64,000 nt of DNA from Eledone cirrhosa (lineage: Eukaryota), in the NCBI GenBank assembly GCA_964016885.1, contig OZ024745.1, forward strand, positions 4,650,001-4,714,000. The letters are read 5' to 3'. Made by a program: the position numbers and the translations under genes. The stretch's first letter is position 1. The number at the start of each line of letters is the position of its first letter. Below, piece after piece: positions 1-15,000 of the stretch. The notes below the pieces were generated by a model that saw nothing but the letters and a program-made list of their open reading frames with translations, did no database searches and was not told the origin of the DNA.

Positions 1-3000
1 GTCATCTGTTGTTGAGTTCACTTCAAGTCATCTGTTGTTGAATTTACTTCAAGTCATCTGTTGTTCAGTTCACTTCAAGTCATCTGTTGTTGAGTTCACT
101 TCAAATCATCTGTTGTTGAGTTCTCTTTATGTCATCTGTTGTTGCGTTCCCTTCAAGTCATCTGTTGTTGAGTTCTCTTTATGGCATCTGTTGTTGAGTT
201 CACTTCAAGACATCTGTTGTTGAGTTCGATTCAAGTCATCTGTTGTTGAGTTCACTTCAAGTCATCTGTTGTTGAGTTCATTTCAAGTCATCTGTTCTTG
301 AGTTCACTTCAGGTCATCTGTTGTTGAGTTCACTTCAAGTCATCTGTTGTTGAGTTCTCTTTATGTCATCTGATGTTTAGTTCTCTTTATGTCATCTGTT
401 GTTGAGTTCACTTCATGTCATCTGTTGTTGAGTTCACTTTAAGTCATCTGTTGTTGAGTTCACTTCAAGTCATCTGTTGTTGAGTTCACTTCAAGTCATC
501 TGTTGTTGAGTTCACTTCAAGTCATCTGTTGTTGAGTTCTCTTTATGTCATTTGTTGTTTAGTTCTCTTTATGTCATCTGTTGTTGAGTTCACTTCAAGT
601 CATCTGTTGTTGAGTTCACTTCAAGTCATCTGTTGTTGAGTTCATTTCAAGTCATCTGTTGTTGAGTTCACTTCAAGTCATCTGTTGTTGAGTTCTCTTT
701 ATGTCATCTGTTGTTTAGTTCACTTTATGTCATCTGTTGTTGAGTTCACTTCAAGTCATCTGTTGTTGAGTTCACTTTAAGTCATCTGTTGTTGAGTTCA
801 CTTCAAGTCATCTGTTGTTCAGTTCACTTCAAGTCATCTGTTGTTGAGTTCTCTTTATGTCATCTGTTATTTAGTTCTCTTTATGTCATCTGTTGTTGAG
901 TTAACTTCAAGTCATCTGTTGTTGAGTTCACTTCAAGTCATCTGTTTTTGAGTTCACTTCAAGTCATCTGTTGTTGAGTTCACTTCAAGTCATCTGTTGT
1001 TGAGTTCACTTCAAGTCATCTGTTGTTGAGTTCACTTCAAGTCATCTGTTGTTGAGTTCACTTCAAGTCATCTGTTGTTGAGTTCTCTTTATGTCATCTG
1101 TTGTTGAGTTCTCTTTATGTCATCTGTTGTTTAGTTATCTTTATGTCATCTGCTGTTGAGTTCACCTTCAAGTCATCTGTTGTTGAGTTCACTTCAAGTC
1201 ATCTGTTGTTGAGTTCACTTCAAGTCATAAGTTGTTAAGTTCTCTTTAGGTCATCTGTTGTTGAGTTCACTTCAAGTCATCTGTTGTTGAGTTCACTTCA
1301 AGTCATCTGTTGTTGAGTTCACTTCAAGTCATCTGTTGTTGAGTTCACTTCAAGTCATCTGTTCTTGAGTTCACTTCAAGTCATCTGTTGTTGAATTCTC
1401 TTTATGTCATCTGTTGTTGAATTCTCTTTATGACATCTGTTATTGAGTTCTCTTTATGTCATCTGTTGTTTAGTTATCTTTATGTCATCTGTTGTTGAGT
1501 TCACTTCAAGTCATCTGTTGTTGAATTCCCTTCAAGACATCTGTTGTTGAGTTCTCTTTATGGCATCTGTTGTTGAGTTCACTTCAAGACATCTGTTGTT
1601 GAGTTCACTTCAAGTCATCTGTTGTTGAGTTCACTTCAAGTCATCTGTTGTTGAGTTCACTTCAAGTCATCTGTTGTTGAGTTCACTTCAAGTCATCTGT
1701 TGTTGAGTTCACTTCAAGTCATCTGTTGTTGAGTTCTCTTTATGTCATCTGTTGTTGAGTTCTCTTTATGTCATCTGTTGTTTAGTTCTCTTTATGTCAT
1801 CTGTTGTTGAGTTCACTTCATGTCATCTGTTGTTGAGTTCACTTTAAGTCATCTGTTGTTGAGTTCACTTCAAGTCATCTGTTGTTGAGTTCACTTCAAG
1901 TCATCTGTTGTTGAGTTCACTTCAAGTCATCTGTTGTTGAGTTCTCTTTATGTCATCTGTTGTTTAGTTCTCTTTATGTCATCTGTTGTTGAGTTCACTT
2001 CAAGTCATCTGTTGTTGAGTTCACTTCAAGTCATCTGTTGTTGAGTTCACTTCAAGTCATCTGTTCTTGAGTTCACTTCAAGTCATCTGTTGTTGAGTTC
2101 ACTTCAAGTCATGTGTTGTTGAGTTCACTTCAAGTCATCTGTTGTTGAGTTCTCTTTATGTCATCTGTTGTTTAGTTCCCTTTATGTCATCTGTTGTTGA
2201 GTTCACTTCATGTCATCTGTTGTTGAGTTCACTTTAAGTCATCTGTTGTTTAGTTCACTTCAAGTCATCTGTTGTTGAGTTCACTTCAAGTCATCTGTTG
2301 TTGAGTTCTCTTTATGTCATCTGTTGTTTAGTTCTCTTTATGTCATCTGTTGTTGAGTTCACTTCAAGTCATCTGTTGTTGAGTTCACTTCAAGTCATCT
2401 GTTGTTGAGTTCACTTCAAGTCATCTGTTGTTGAGTTCTCTTTATGTCATCTGTTGTTGAGTTCTCTTTATGTCATCTGTTGTTTAGTTATCTTTATGTC
2501 ATCTGTTGTTGAGTTCAATTCAAGTCATCTGTTGTTGAGTTCACTTCAAGTCATCTGTTGTTGAGTTCTCTTTATGTCATCTGTTGTTTAGTTCTCTTTA
2601 TGTCATCTGTTGTTGAGTTCACTTCAAGTCATCTGTTGTTGAGTTCACTTTAAGTCATCTGTTGTTGAGTTCACTTCAAGTCATCTGTTGTTGAGTTCAC
2701 TTCAAGTCATCTGTTGTTGAGTTCTCTTTATGTCATCTGTTGTTGAGTTCTCTTTATGTCATCTGTTGTTGAGTTCACTTCAAGTCATCTGTTGTTGAGT
2801 TCACTTCAAGTCATCTGTTTTTGAGTTCACTTCAAATCATCTGTTGTTGAGTTCACTTCAAGTCATCTGTTGTTGAGTTCACTTCAAGTCATCTGTTGTT
2901 GAGTTCACTTCAAGTCATCTGTTGTTGAGTTCACTTCAAGTCATCTGTTGTTGAGTTCTCTTTATGTCATCTGTTGTTGAGTTCTCTTTATGTCATCTGT

Positions 3001-6000
3001 TGTTTAGTTATCTTTATGTCATCTGCTGTTGAGTTCACCTTCAAGTCATCTGTTGTTGAGTTCACTTCAAGTCATCTGTTGTTGAGTTCACTTCAAGTCA
3101 TCTGTTGTTGAATTTACTTCAAGTCATCTGTTGTTCAGTTCACTTCAAGTCATCTGTTGTTGAGTTCACTTCAAATCATCTGTTGTTGAGTTCTCTTTAT
3201 GTCATCTGTTGTTGCGTTCCCTTCAAGTCATCTGTTGTTGAGTTCTCTTTATGGCATCTGTTGTTGAGTTCACTTCAAGACATCTGTTGTTGAGTTCGAT
3301 TCAAGTCATCTGTTGTTGAGTTCACTTCAAGTCATCTGTTGTTGAGTTCATTTCAAGTCATCTGTTCTTGAGTTCACTTCAGGTCATCTGTTGTTGAGTT
3401 CACTTCAAGTCATCTGTTGTTGAGTTCTCTTTATGTCATCTGATGTTTAGTTCTCTTTATGTCATCTGTTGTTGAGTTCACTTCATGTCATCTGTTGTTG
3501 AGTTCACTTTAAGTCATCTGTTGTTGAGTTCACTTCAAGTCATCTGTTGTTGAGTTCACTTCAAGTCATCTGTTGTTGAGTTCACTTCAAGTCATCTGTT
3601 GTTGAGTTCTCTTTATGTCATTTGTTGTTTAGTTCTCTTTATGTCATCTGTTGTTGAGTTCACTTCAAGTCATCTGTTGTTGAGTTCACTTCAAGTCATC
3701 TGTTGTTGAGTTCATTTCAAGTCATCTGTTGTTGAGTTCACTTCAAGTCATCTGTTGTTGAGTTCTCTTTATGTCATCTGTTGTTTAGTTCACTTTATGT
3801 CATCTGTTGTTGAGTTCACTTCAAGTCATCTGTTGTTGAGTTCACTTTAAGTCATCTGTTGTTGAGTTCACTTCAAGTCATCTGTTGTTCAGTTCACTTC
3901 AAGTCATCTGTTGTTGAGTTCTCTTTATGTCATCTGTTATTTAGTTCTCTTTATGTCATCTGTTGTTGAGTTAACTTCAAGTCATCTGTTGTTGAGTTCA
4001 CTTCAAGTCATCTGTTTTTGAGTTCACTTCAAGTCATCTGTTGTTGAGTTCACTTCAAGTCATCTGTTGTTGAGTTCACTTCAAGTCATCTGTTGTTGAG
4101 TTCACTTCAAGTCATCTGTTGTTGAGTTCACTTCAAGTCATCTGTTGTTGAGTTCTCTTTATGTCATCTGTTGTTGAGTTCTCTTTATGTCATCTGTTGT
4201 TTAGTTATCTTTATGTCATCTGCTGTTGAGTTCACCTTCAAGTCATCTGTTGTTGAGTTCACTTCAAGTCATCTGTTGTTGAGTTCACTTCAAGTCATCT
4301 GTTGTTGAATTTACTTCAAGTCATCTGTTGTTCAGTTCACTTCAAGTCATCTGTTGTTGAGTTCACTTCAAATCATCTGTTGTTGAGTTCTCTTTATGTC
4401 ATCTGTTGTTGAGTTCCCTTCAAGTCATCTGTTGTTGAGTTCTCTTTATGGCATCTGTTGTTGAGTTCACTTCAAGACATCTGTTGTTGAGTTCGATTCA
4501 AGTCATCTGTTGTTGAGTTCACTTCAAGTCATCTGTTGTTGAGTTCATTTCAAGTCATCTGTTCTTGAGTTCACTTCAGGTCATCTGTTGTTGAGTTCAC
4601 TTCAAGTCATCTGTTGTTGAGTTCTCTTTATGTCATCTGATGTTTAGTTCTCTTTATGTCATCTGTTGTTGAGTTCACTTCATGTCATCTGTTGTTGAGT
4701 TCACTTTAAGTCATCTGTTGTTGAGTTCACTTCAAGTCATCTGTTGTTGAGTTCACTTCAAGTCATCTGTTGTTGAGTTCACTTCAAGTCATCTGTTGTT
4801 GAGTTCTCTTTATGTCATTTGTTGTTTAGTTCTCTTTATGTCATCTGTTGTTGAGTTCACTTCAAGTCATCTGTTGTTGAGTTCACTTCAAGTCATCTGT
4901 TGTTGAGTTCATTTCAAGTCATCTGTTGTTGAGTTCACTTCAAGTCATCTGTTGTTGAGTTCTCTTTATGTCATCTGTTGTTTAGTTCACTTTATGTCAT
5001 CTGTTGTTGAGTTCACTTCAAGTCATCTGTTGTTGAGTTCACTTTAAGTCATCTGTTGTTGAGTTCACTTCAAGTCATCTGTTGTTCAGTTCACTTCAAG
5101 TCATCTGTTGTTGAGTTCTCTTTATGTCATCTGTTATTTAGTTCTCTTTATGTCATCTGTTGTTGAGTTAACTTCAAGTCATCTGTTGTTGAGTTCACTT
5201 CAAGTCATCTGTTTTTGAGTTCACTTCAAGTCATCTGTTGTTGAGTTCACTTCAAGTCATCTGTTGTTGAGTTCACTTCAAGTCATCTGTTGTTGAGTTC
5301 ACTTCAAGTCATCTGTTGTTGAGTTCACTTCAAGTCATCTGTTGTTGAGTTCTCTTTATGTCATCTGTTGTTGAGTTCTCTTTATGTCATCTGTTGTTTA
5401 GTTATCTTTATGTCATCTGTTGTTGAGTTCACCTTCAAGTCATCTGTTGTTGAGTTCACTTCAAGTCATCTGTTGTTGAGTTCACTTCAAGTCATCTGTT
5501 GTTGAATTCACTTCAAGTCATCTGTTGTTGAGTTCCCTTCATGTCATCTGTTGTTTAGTTCTCTTTATGGCATCTGTTGTTGAGTTCACTTCAAGACATG
5601 TGTTGTTGAGTTCACTTCAAGTCATCTGTTGTTGAGTTCACTTCAAGTCATCTGTTCTTGAGTTCACTTCAAGTCATCTGTTGTTGAGTTCACTTCAAGT
5701 CATGTGTTGTTGAGTTCACTTCAAGTCATCTGTTGTTGAGTTCTCTTTATGTCATCTGTTGTTTAGTTCTCTTTATGTCATCTGTTGTTGAGTTCACTTC
5801 ATGTCATCTGTTGTTGAGTTCACTTTAAGTCATCTGTTGTTTAGTTCACTTCAAGTCATCTGTTGTTGAGTTCACTTCAAGTCATCTGTTGTTGAGTTCT
5901 CTTTATGTCATCTGTTGTTTAGTTCTATTTATGTCATCTGTTGTTGAGTTCACTTCAAGTCATCTGTTGTTGAGTTCACTTCAAGTCATCTGTTGTTGAG

Positions 6001-9000
6001 TTCACTTCAAGTCATCTGTTGTTGAGTTCTCTTTATGTCATCTGTTGTTGAGTTCTCTTTATGTCCTCTGTTGTTTAGTTATCTTTATGTCATCTGTTGT
6101 TGAGTTCAATTCAAGTCATCTGTTGTTGAGTTCACTTCAAGTCATCTGTTGTTGAGTTCACTTCAAGTCATCTGTTGTTGAGTTCTCTTTATGTCATCTG
6201 TTGTTTAGTTCTCTTTATGTCATCTGTTGTTGAGTTCACTTCAAGTCATCTGTTGTTGAGTTCACTTTAAGTCATCTGTTTTTGAGTTCACTTCAAGTCA
6301 TCTGTTGTTGAGTTCACTTCAAATCATCTGTTGTTGAGTTCTCTTTATGTCATCTGTTGTTGAGTTCCCTTCAAGTCATCTGTTGTTGAGTTCTCTTTAT
6401 GGCATCTGTTGTTGAGTTCACTTCAAGACATCTGTTGTTGAGTTCGATTCAAGTCATCTGTTGTTGAGTTCACTTCAAGTCATCTGTTGTTGAGTTCACT
6501 TCAAGTCATCTGTTGTTGAGTTCACTTCAAGTCATCTGTTGTTGAGTTCACTTCAAGTCATCTGTTCTTGAGTTCACTTCAAGTCATCTGTTGTTGAATT
6601 CTCTTTATGTCATCTGTTGTTGAATTCTCTTTATGACATCTGTTATTGAGTTCTCTTTATGTCATCTGTTGTTTAGTTATCTTTATGTCATCTTTTATTG
6701 AGTTCACTTCAAGTCATCTGTTGTTGAGTTCCCTTCAAGACATCTGTTGTTGAGTTCTCTTTATGGCATCTGTTGTTGAGTTCACTTCAAGACATCTGTT
6801 GTTGAGTTCACTTTAAGTCATCTGTTGTTGAGTTCACTTCAAGTCATCTGTTGTTGAGTTCACTTCAAGTCATCTGTTGTTGAGTTCACTTCAAGTCATC
6901 TGTTGTTGAGTTCACTTCAAGTCATCTGTTGTTGAGTTCACTTCAAGTCATCTGTTGTTGAGTTCTCTTTATGTCATCTGTTGTTGAGTTCTCTTTATGT
7001 CATCTGTTGTTTAGTTCTCTTTATGTCATCTGTTGTTGAGTTCACTTCATGTCATCTGTTGTTGAGTTCACTTCAAGTCATCTGTTGTTGAGTTCACTTC
7101 AAGTCATCTGTTGTTGAGTTCACTTCATGTCATCTGTTGTTGAGTTCTCTTTATGTCATCTGTTGTTTAGTTCTCTTTATGTCATCTGTTGTTGAGTTCA
7201 CTTCAAGTCATCTGTTGTTGAGTTCACTTCAAGTCATCTGTTGTTGAGTTCACTTCAAGTCATCTGTTGTTGAGTTCTCTTTAAGTCATCTGTTGTTGAG
7301 TTCTCTTTATGTCATCTGTTGTTTAGTCATCTTTATGTCATCTGTTGTTGAGTTCACTTCAAGTCATCTGTTGTTGAGTTCACTTCAAGTCATCTGTTGT
7401 TGAGTTCACTTCAAGTCATAAGTTGTTAAGTTCTCTTTAGGTCATCTGTTGTTGAGTTCACTTCAAGTCATCTGTTGTTGAGTTCACTTCAAGTCATCTG
7501 TTGTTGAGTTCACTTCAAGTCATCTGTTGTTGAGTTCACTTCAAGTCATCTGTTGTTGAGTTCACTTCAAGTCATCTGTTGTTGAATTCTCTTTATGTCA
7601 TCTGTTGTTGAGTTCTCTTTATGTCATCTGTTGTTTAGTTAACTTTATGTCATCTGTTGTTGAGTTCACTTCAAGTCATCTGTTGTTGAGTTCACTTCAA
7701 GTCATCTGTTGTTGAGTTCACTTTAAGTCATCTGTTGTTGAGTTCACTTCAAGTCATCTGTTGTTGAGTTCTCTTTATGTCATCTGTTGTTTAGTTATCT
7801 TTATGTCATCTGTTGTTGAGTTCACTTCAAGTCATCTGTTATTGAGTTCACTGCAAGTCATCTGTTGGTGAGTTCACTTCAAGTCATCTGTTGTTGAGTT
7901 CACTTCAAGTCATCTGTTGTTGAGTTCACTTCAAGTCATCTGTTGTTGAGTTCACTTCGAATCATCTGTTGTTGAGTTCTCATTATGTCATCTGTTGTTG
8001 AGTTCCCTTCAAGTCATCTGTTGTTGAGTTCTCTTTATGTCATCTGTTGTTGAGTTCACTTCAAGACATCTGTTGTTGAGTTCAATTCAAGTCATCTGTT
8101 GTTGAGTTCACTTCAAGTCATCTGTTGTTGAGTTCACTTCAAGTCATCTGTTGTTGAGTTCACTTCAAGTCATCTGTTGTTGAGTTCACTTCAAGTCATC
8201 TGTTGTTGAATTCTCTTTATGTCATCTGTTGTTGAGTTCTCTTTATGTCATCTGTTGTTTAGTTATCTTTATGTCATCTGTTGTTGAGTTCACTTCAAGT
8301 CATCTGTTGAGTTCACTTCAAGTCATCTGTTGCTGAGTTCACTTCAAGTCATCTGTTGTTGAGTTCTCTTTATGTCATCTGTTGTTTAGTTCTCTTTATG
8401 TCATCTGTTGTTGAGTTCACTTCAAGTCATCTGTTGTTGAGTTCACTTCAAGTCATCTGTTGTTGAGTTCACTTCAAGTCATCTGTTGTTGAGTTCACTT
8501 CAAGTCATCTGTTCTTGAGTTCACTTCAAGTCATCTGTTGTTGAATTCTCTTTATGTCATCTGTTGTTGAATTCTCTTTATGACATCTGTTATTGAGTTC
8601 TCTTTATGTCATCTGTTGTTTAGTTATCTTTATGTCATCTGTTGTTGAGTTCACTTCAAGTCATCTGTTGTTGAGTTCCCTTCAAGACATCTGTTGTTGA
8701 GTTCTCTTTATGGCATCTGTTGTTGAGTTCACTTCAAGACATCTGTTGTTGAGTTCACTTTAAGTCATCTGTTGTTGAGTTCACTTCAAGTCATCTGTTG
8801 TTGAGTTCACTTCAAGTCATCTGTTGTTGAGTTCACTTCAAGTCATCTGTTGTTGAGTTCACTTCAAGTCATCTGTTGTTGAGTTCACTTCAAGTCATCT
8901 GTTGTTGAGTTCTCTTTATGTCATCTGTTGTTGAGTTCTCTTTATGTCATCTGTTGTTTAGTTCTCTTTATGTCATCTGTTGTTGAGTTCACTTCATGTC

Positions 9001-12000
9001 ATCTGTTGTTGAGTTCACTTTAAGTCATCTGTTGTTGAGTTCACTTCAAGTCATCTGTTGTTGAGTTTACTTCAAGTCATCTGTTGTTGAGTTCACTTCA
9101 AGTCATCTGTTGTTGAGTTCTCTTTATGTCATCTGTTGTTTAGTTCTCTTTATGTCATCTGTTGTTGAGTTCACTTCAAGTCATCTGTTGTTGAGTTCAC
9201 TTCAAGTCATCTGTTGTTGAGTTCACTTCAAGTCATCTGTTGTTGAGTTCTCTTTAAGTCATCTGTTGTTGAGTTCTCTTTATGTCATCTGTTGTTTAGT
9301 CATCTTTATGTCATCTGTTGTTGAGTTCACTTCAAGTCATCTGTTGTTGAGTTCACTTCAAGTCATCTGTTGTTGAGTTCACTTCAAGTCATAAGTTGTT
9401 AAGTTCTCTTTAGGTCATCTGTTGTTGAGTTCACTTCAAGTCATCTGTTGTTGAGTTCACTTCAAGTCATCTGTTGTTGAGTTCACTTCAAGTCATCTGT
9501 TGTTGAGTTCACTTCAAGTCATCTGTTGTTGAGTTCACTTCAAGTCATCTGTTGTTGAATTCTCTTTATGTCATCTGTTGTTGAGTTCTCTTTATGTCAT
9601 CTGTTGTTTAGTTAACTTTATGTCATCTGTTGTTGAGTTCACTTCAAGTCATCTGTTGTTGAGTTCACTTCAAGTCATCTGTTGTTGAGTTCACTTTAAG
9701 TCATCTGTTGTTGAGTTCACTTCAAGTCATCTGTTGTTGAGTTCACTTCAAGTCATCTGTTGTTGAGTTCTCTTTATGTCATCTGTTGTTTAGTTATCTT
9801 TATGTCATCTGTTGTTGAGTTCACTTCAAGTCATCTGTTATTGAGTTCACTGCAAGTCATCTGTTGGTGAGTTCACTTCAAGTCATCTGTTGTTGAGTTC
9901 ACTTCAAGTCATCTGTTGTTGAGTTCACTTCAAGTCATCTGTTGTTGAGTTCACTTCGAATCATCTGTTGTTGAGTTCTCATTATGTCATCTGTTGTTGA
10001 GTTCCCTTCAAGTCATCTGTTGTTGAGTTCTCTTTATGTCATCTGTTGTTGAGTTCACTTCAAGACATCTGTTGTTGAGTTCAATTCAAGTCATCTGTTG
10101 TTGAGTTCACTTCAAGTCATCTGTTGTTGAGTTCACTTCAAGTCATCTGTTGTTGAGTTCACTTCAAGTCATCTGTTGTTGAGTTCACTTCAAGTCATCT
10201 GATGTTGAATTCTCTTTATGTCATCTGTTGTTGAGTTCTCTTTATGTCATCTGTTGTTTAGTTATCTTTATGTCATCTGTTGTTGAGTTCACTTCAAGTC
10301 ATCTGTTGTTGAGTTCACTTCAAGTCATCTGTTGTTGAGTTCACTTCAAGTCATCTGTTGTTGAGTTCTCTTTATGTCATCTGTTGTTTAGTTCTCTTTA
10401 TGTCATCTGTTGTTGAGTTCACTTCAAGTCATCTGTTATTGAGTTCACTTCAAGTCATCTGTTGTTGAGTTCACTTCAATTCATCTGTTGTTGACTTCAC
10501 TTCGAGTCATCTGTTGTTGAGTTCACTTCAAGTCATCTGTTGTTGAGTTCACTTCAAATCATCTGTTGTTGAGTTCTCTTTATGTCATCTGTTGTTGAGT
10601 TCCCTTCAAGTCATCTGTTGTTGAGTTCTCTTTATGTCATCTGTTGTTGAGTTCACTTCAAGTCATCTGTTATTGAGTTCACTTCAAGTCATCTGTTGTT
10701 GAGTTCACTTCAAGTCATCTGTTCTTGAGTTCACTTCAAGTCATCTGTTGTTGAGTTCACTTCAAGTCATGTGTTGTTGAGTTCACTTCAAGTCATCTGT
10801 TGTTGAGTTCTCTTTATGTCATCTGTTGTTTAGTTCTCTTTATGTCATCTGTTGTTGAGTTCACTTCAAGTCATCTGTTGTTGAGTTCACTTCAAGTCAT
10901 CTGTTGTTGAGTTCACTTCAAGTCATCTGTTGTTGAGTTCACTTCAAGTCATCTGTTGTTGAGTTCTCTTTATGTCATCTGTTGTTGAGTTCTCTTTATG
11001 TCATCTGTTGTTTAGTTATCTTTATGTCATCTGTTGTTGAGTTCACTTCAAGTCATCTGTTGTTGAGTTCACTTCAAGTCATCTGTTGTAGAGTTCACTT
11101 CAATTCATCTGTTGTTGAGTTCACTTCAAGTCATCTGTTGTTGAGTTCACTTCAAGTGATCTGTTGTTGAGTTCACTTCAAGTCATCTGTTGTTGAGTTC
11201 ACTTCAAGTCATCTGTTGTTGAGTTCTCTTTATGTCATCTGTTGTTTAGTTCTCTTTATGTCATCTGTTGTTGAGTTCACTTCAAGTCATCTCTTGTTGA
11301 GTTCACTTCAAGTCATCTGTTGTTGAGTTCTCTTTATGTCATCTGTTGTTGAGTTCTCTTTATGTCATCTGTTGTTTAGTTATCTTTATGTCATCTGTTG
11401 TTGAGTTCAATTCAAGTCATCTGTTGTTGAGTTCACTTCAAGTCATCTGTTGAGTTCACTTCAAGTCATCTGTTGTTGAGTTCTCTTTATGTCATCTGTT
11501 GTTTAGTTCTCTTTATGTCATCTGTTGTTGAGTTCACTTCAAGTCATCTGTTGTTGAGTTCACTTTAAGTGATCTGTTGTTGAGTTCACTTCAAGTCATC
11601 TGTTGTTGAGTTCACTTCAAGTCATCTGTTGTTGAGTTCTCTTTATGTCATCTGTTGTTGAGTTCTCTTTATGTCATCTGTTGTTGAGTTCACTTCAAGT
11701 CATCTGTTGTTGAGTTCACTTCAAGTCATCTGTTTTTGAGTTCACTTCAAATCATCTGTTGTTGAGTTCACTTCAAGTCATCTGTTGTTGAGTTCACTTC
11801 AAGTCATCTGTTGTTGAGTTCACTTCAAGTCATCTGTTGTTGAGTTCACTTCAAGTCATCTGTTGTTGAGTTCTCTTTATGTCATCTGTTGTTGAGTTCT
11901 CTTTATGTCATCTGTTGTTTAGTTATCTTTATGTCATCTGTTGTTGAGTTCACCTTCAAGTCATATGTTGTTGAGTTCACTTCAAGTCATCTGTTGTTGA

Positions 12001-15000
12001 GTTCACTTCAAGTCATCTGTTGTTGAGTTCACTTCAAGTCATCTGTTGTTGAGTTCTCTTTATGTCATCTGTTGTTTAGTTATCTTTATGTCATCTGTTG
12101 TTGAGTTCCCTTCAAGTCATCTGTTGTTGAGTTCTCTTTATGTCATCTGTTGTTGAGTTCACTTCAAGACATCTGTTGTTGAGTTCAATTCAAGTCATCT
12201 GTTGTTGAGTTCACTTCAAGTCATCTGTTGTTGAGTTCACTTCAAGTCATCTGTTGTTGAGTTCACTTCAAGTCATGTGTTGTTGAGTTCACTTCAAGTC
12301 ATCTGTTGTTGAGTTCTCTTTATGTCATCTGTTGTTTAGTTCTCTTTATGTCATCTGTTGTTGAGTTCACTTCATGTCATCTGTTGTTGAGTTCACTTTA
12401 AGTCATCTGTTGTTGAATTCACTTCAAGTCATCTGTTGTTGAGTTCACTTCAAGTCATCTGTTGTTGAGTTCTCTTTATGTCATCTGTTGTTGAGTTCTC
12501 TTTATGTCATCTGTTGTTGAGTTCACTTCAAGTCATCTGTTGTTGAGTTCACTTCAAGTCATCTGTTGTTGAGTTCACTTCAAGTCATCTGTTGTTGAGT
12601 TCTCTTTATGTCATCTGTTGTTGAGTTCTCTTTATGGCATATGTTGTTTAGTTATCTTTATGTCATCTGTTGTTGAGTTCAATTCAAGTCATCTGTTGTT
12701 GAGTTCACTTCAAGTCATCTGTTGTTGAGTTCACTTCAAGTCATCTGTTGTTGAGTTCTCTTTATGTCATCTGTTGTTTAGTTCTCTTTATGTCATCTGT
12801 TGTTGAGTTCACTTCAAGTCATCTGTTGTTGAGTTCACTTTAAGTCATCTTTTGTTGAGTTCACTTCAAGTCATCTGTTGTTGAGTTCACTTCAAGTCAT
12901 CTGTTGTTGAGTTCTCTTTATGTCATCTGTTATTTAGTTCTCTTTATGTCATCTGTTGTTGAGTTAACTTCAAGTCATCTGTTGTTGAGTTCACTTCAAG
13001 TCATCTGTTTTTGAGTTCACTTCAAGTCATCTGTTGTTGAGTTCACTTCAAGTCATCTGTTGTTGAGTTCTCTTTATGTCATCTGTTGTTGAGTTCTCTT
13101 TATGTCATCTGTTGTTTAGTTATCTTTATGTCATCTGTTGTTTAGTTATCTTTATGTCATCTGTTGTTGAGTTCACCTTCAAGTCATCTGTTGTTGAGTT
13201 CACTTCAAGTCATCTGTTGTTGAGTTCACTTCAAGTCATCTGTTGTTGAATTCACTTCAAGTCATCTGTTGTTGAGTTCCCTTCATGTCATCTGTTGTTG
13301 AGTTCTCTTTATGGCATCTGTTGTTGAGTTCACTTCAAGACATGTGTTGTTGAGTTCACTTCAAGTCATCTGTTGTTGAGTTCACTTCAAGTCATCTGTT
13401 CTTGAGTTCACTTCAAGTCATCTGTTGTTGAGTTCACTTCAAGTCACGTGTTGTTGAGTTCACTTCAAGTCATCTGTTGTTGAGTTCTCTTTATGTCATC
13501 TGTTGTTTAGTTCTCTTTATGTCATCTGTTGTTGAGTTCACTTCATGTCATCTGTTGTTGAGTTCACTTTAAGTCATCTGTTGTTTAGTTCACTTCAAGT
13601 CATCTGTTGTTGAGTTCACTTCAAGTCATCTGTTGTTGAGTTCTCTTTATGTCATCTGTTGTTTAGTTCTCTTTATGTCATCTGTTGTTGAGTTCACTTC
13701 AAGTCATCTGTTGTTGAGTTCACTTCAAGTCATCTGTTGTTGAGTTCACTTCAAGTCATCTGTTGTTGAGTTCTCTTTATGTCATCTGTTGTTGAGTTCT
13801 CTTTATGTCATCTGTTGTTTAGTTATCTTTATGTCATCTGTTGTTGTGTTCAATTCAAGTCATCTGTTGTTGAGTTCACTTCAAGTCATCTGTTGTTGAG
13901 TTCACTTCAAGTCATCTGTTGTTGAGTTCTCTTTATGTCATCTGTTGTTTAGTTCTCTTTATGTCATCTGTTGTTGAGTTCACTTCAAGTCATCTGTTGT
14001 TGAGTTCACTTTAAGTCATCTGTTGTTGAGTTCACTTCAAGTCATCTGTTGTTGAGTTCACTTCAAGTCATCTGTTGTTGAGTTCTCTTTATGTCATCTG
14101 TTGTTGAGTTCTCTTTATGTCATCTGTTGTTGAGTTCACTTCAAGTCATCTGTTGTTGAGTTCACTTCAAGTCATCTGTTTTTGAGTTCACTTCAAATCA
14201 TCTGTTGTTGAGTTCACTTCAAGTCATCTGTTGTTGAGTTCACTTCAAGTCATCTGTTGTTGAGTTCACTTCAAGTCATCTGTTGTTGAGTTCACTTCAA
14301 GTCATCTGTTGTTGAGTTCTCTTTATGTCATCTGTTGTTTAGTTATCTTTATGTCATCTGTTGTTGAGTTCACCTTCAAGTCATATGTTGTTGAGTTCAC
14401 TTCAAGTCATCTGTTGTTGAGTTCACTTCAAGTCATCTGTTGTTGAATTTACTTCAAGTCATCTGTTGTTGAGTTCACTTCAAGTCATCTGTTGTTGAGT
14501 TCACTTCAAATCATCTGTTGTTGAGTTCTCTTTATGTCATCTGTTGTTGAGTTCCCTTCAAGTCATCTGTTGTTGAGTTCTCTTTATGGCATCTGTTGTT
14601 GAGTTCACTTCAAGACATCTGTTGTTGAGTTCGATTCAAGTCATCTGTTGTTGAGTTCACTTCAAGTCATCTGTTGTTGAGTTCACTTCAAGTCATCTGT
14701 TCTGGAGTTCACTTCAAGTCATCTGTTGTTGAATTCTCTTTATGTCATCTGTTGTTGAATTCTCTTTATGACATCTGTTATTGAGTTCTCTTTATGTCAT
14801 CTGTTGTTTAGTTATCTTTATGTCATCTGTTGTTGAGTTCACTTCAAGTCATCTGTTGTTGAGTTCCCTTCAAGACATCTGTTGTTGAGTTCTCTTTATG
14901 TCATCTGTTGTTGAGTTCTCTTTATGTCATCTGTTGTTTAGTTATCTTTATGTCATCTGTTGTTGAGTTCACTTCAAGTCATCTGTTGTTGAGTTCACTT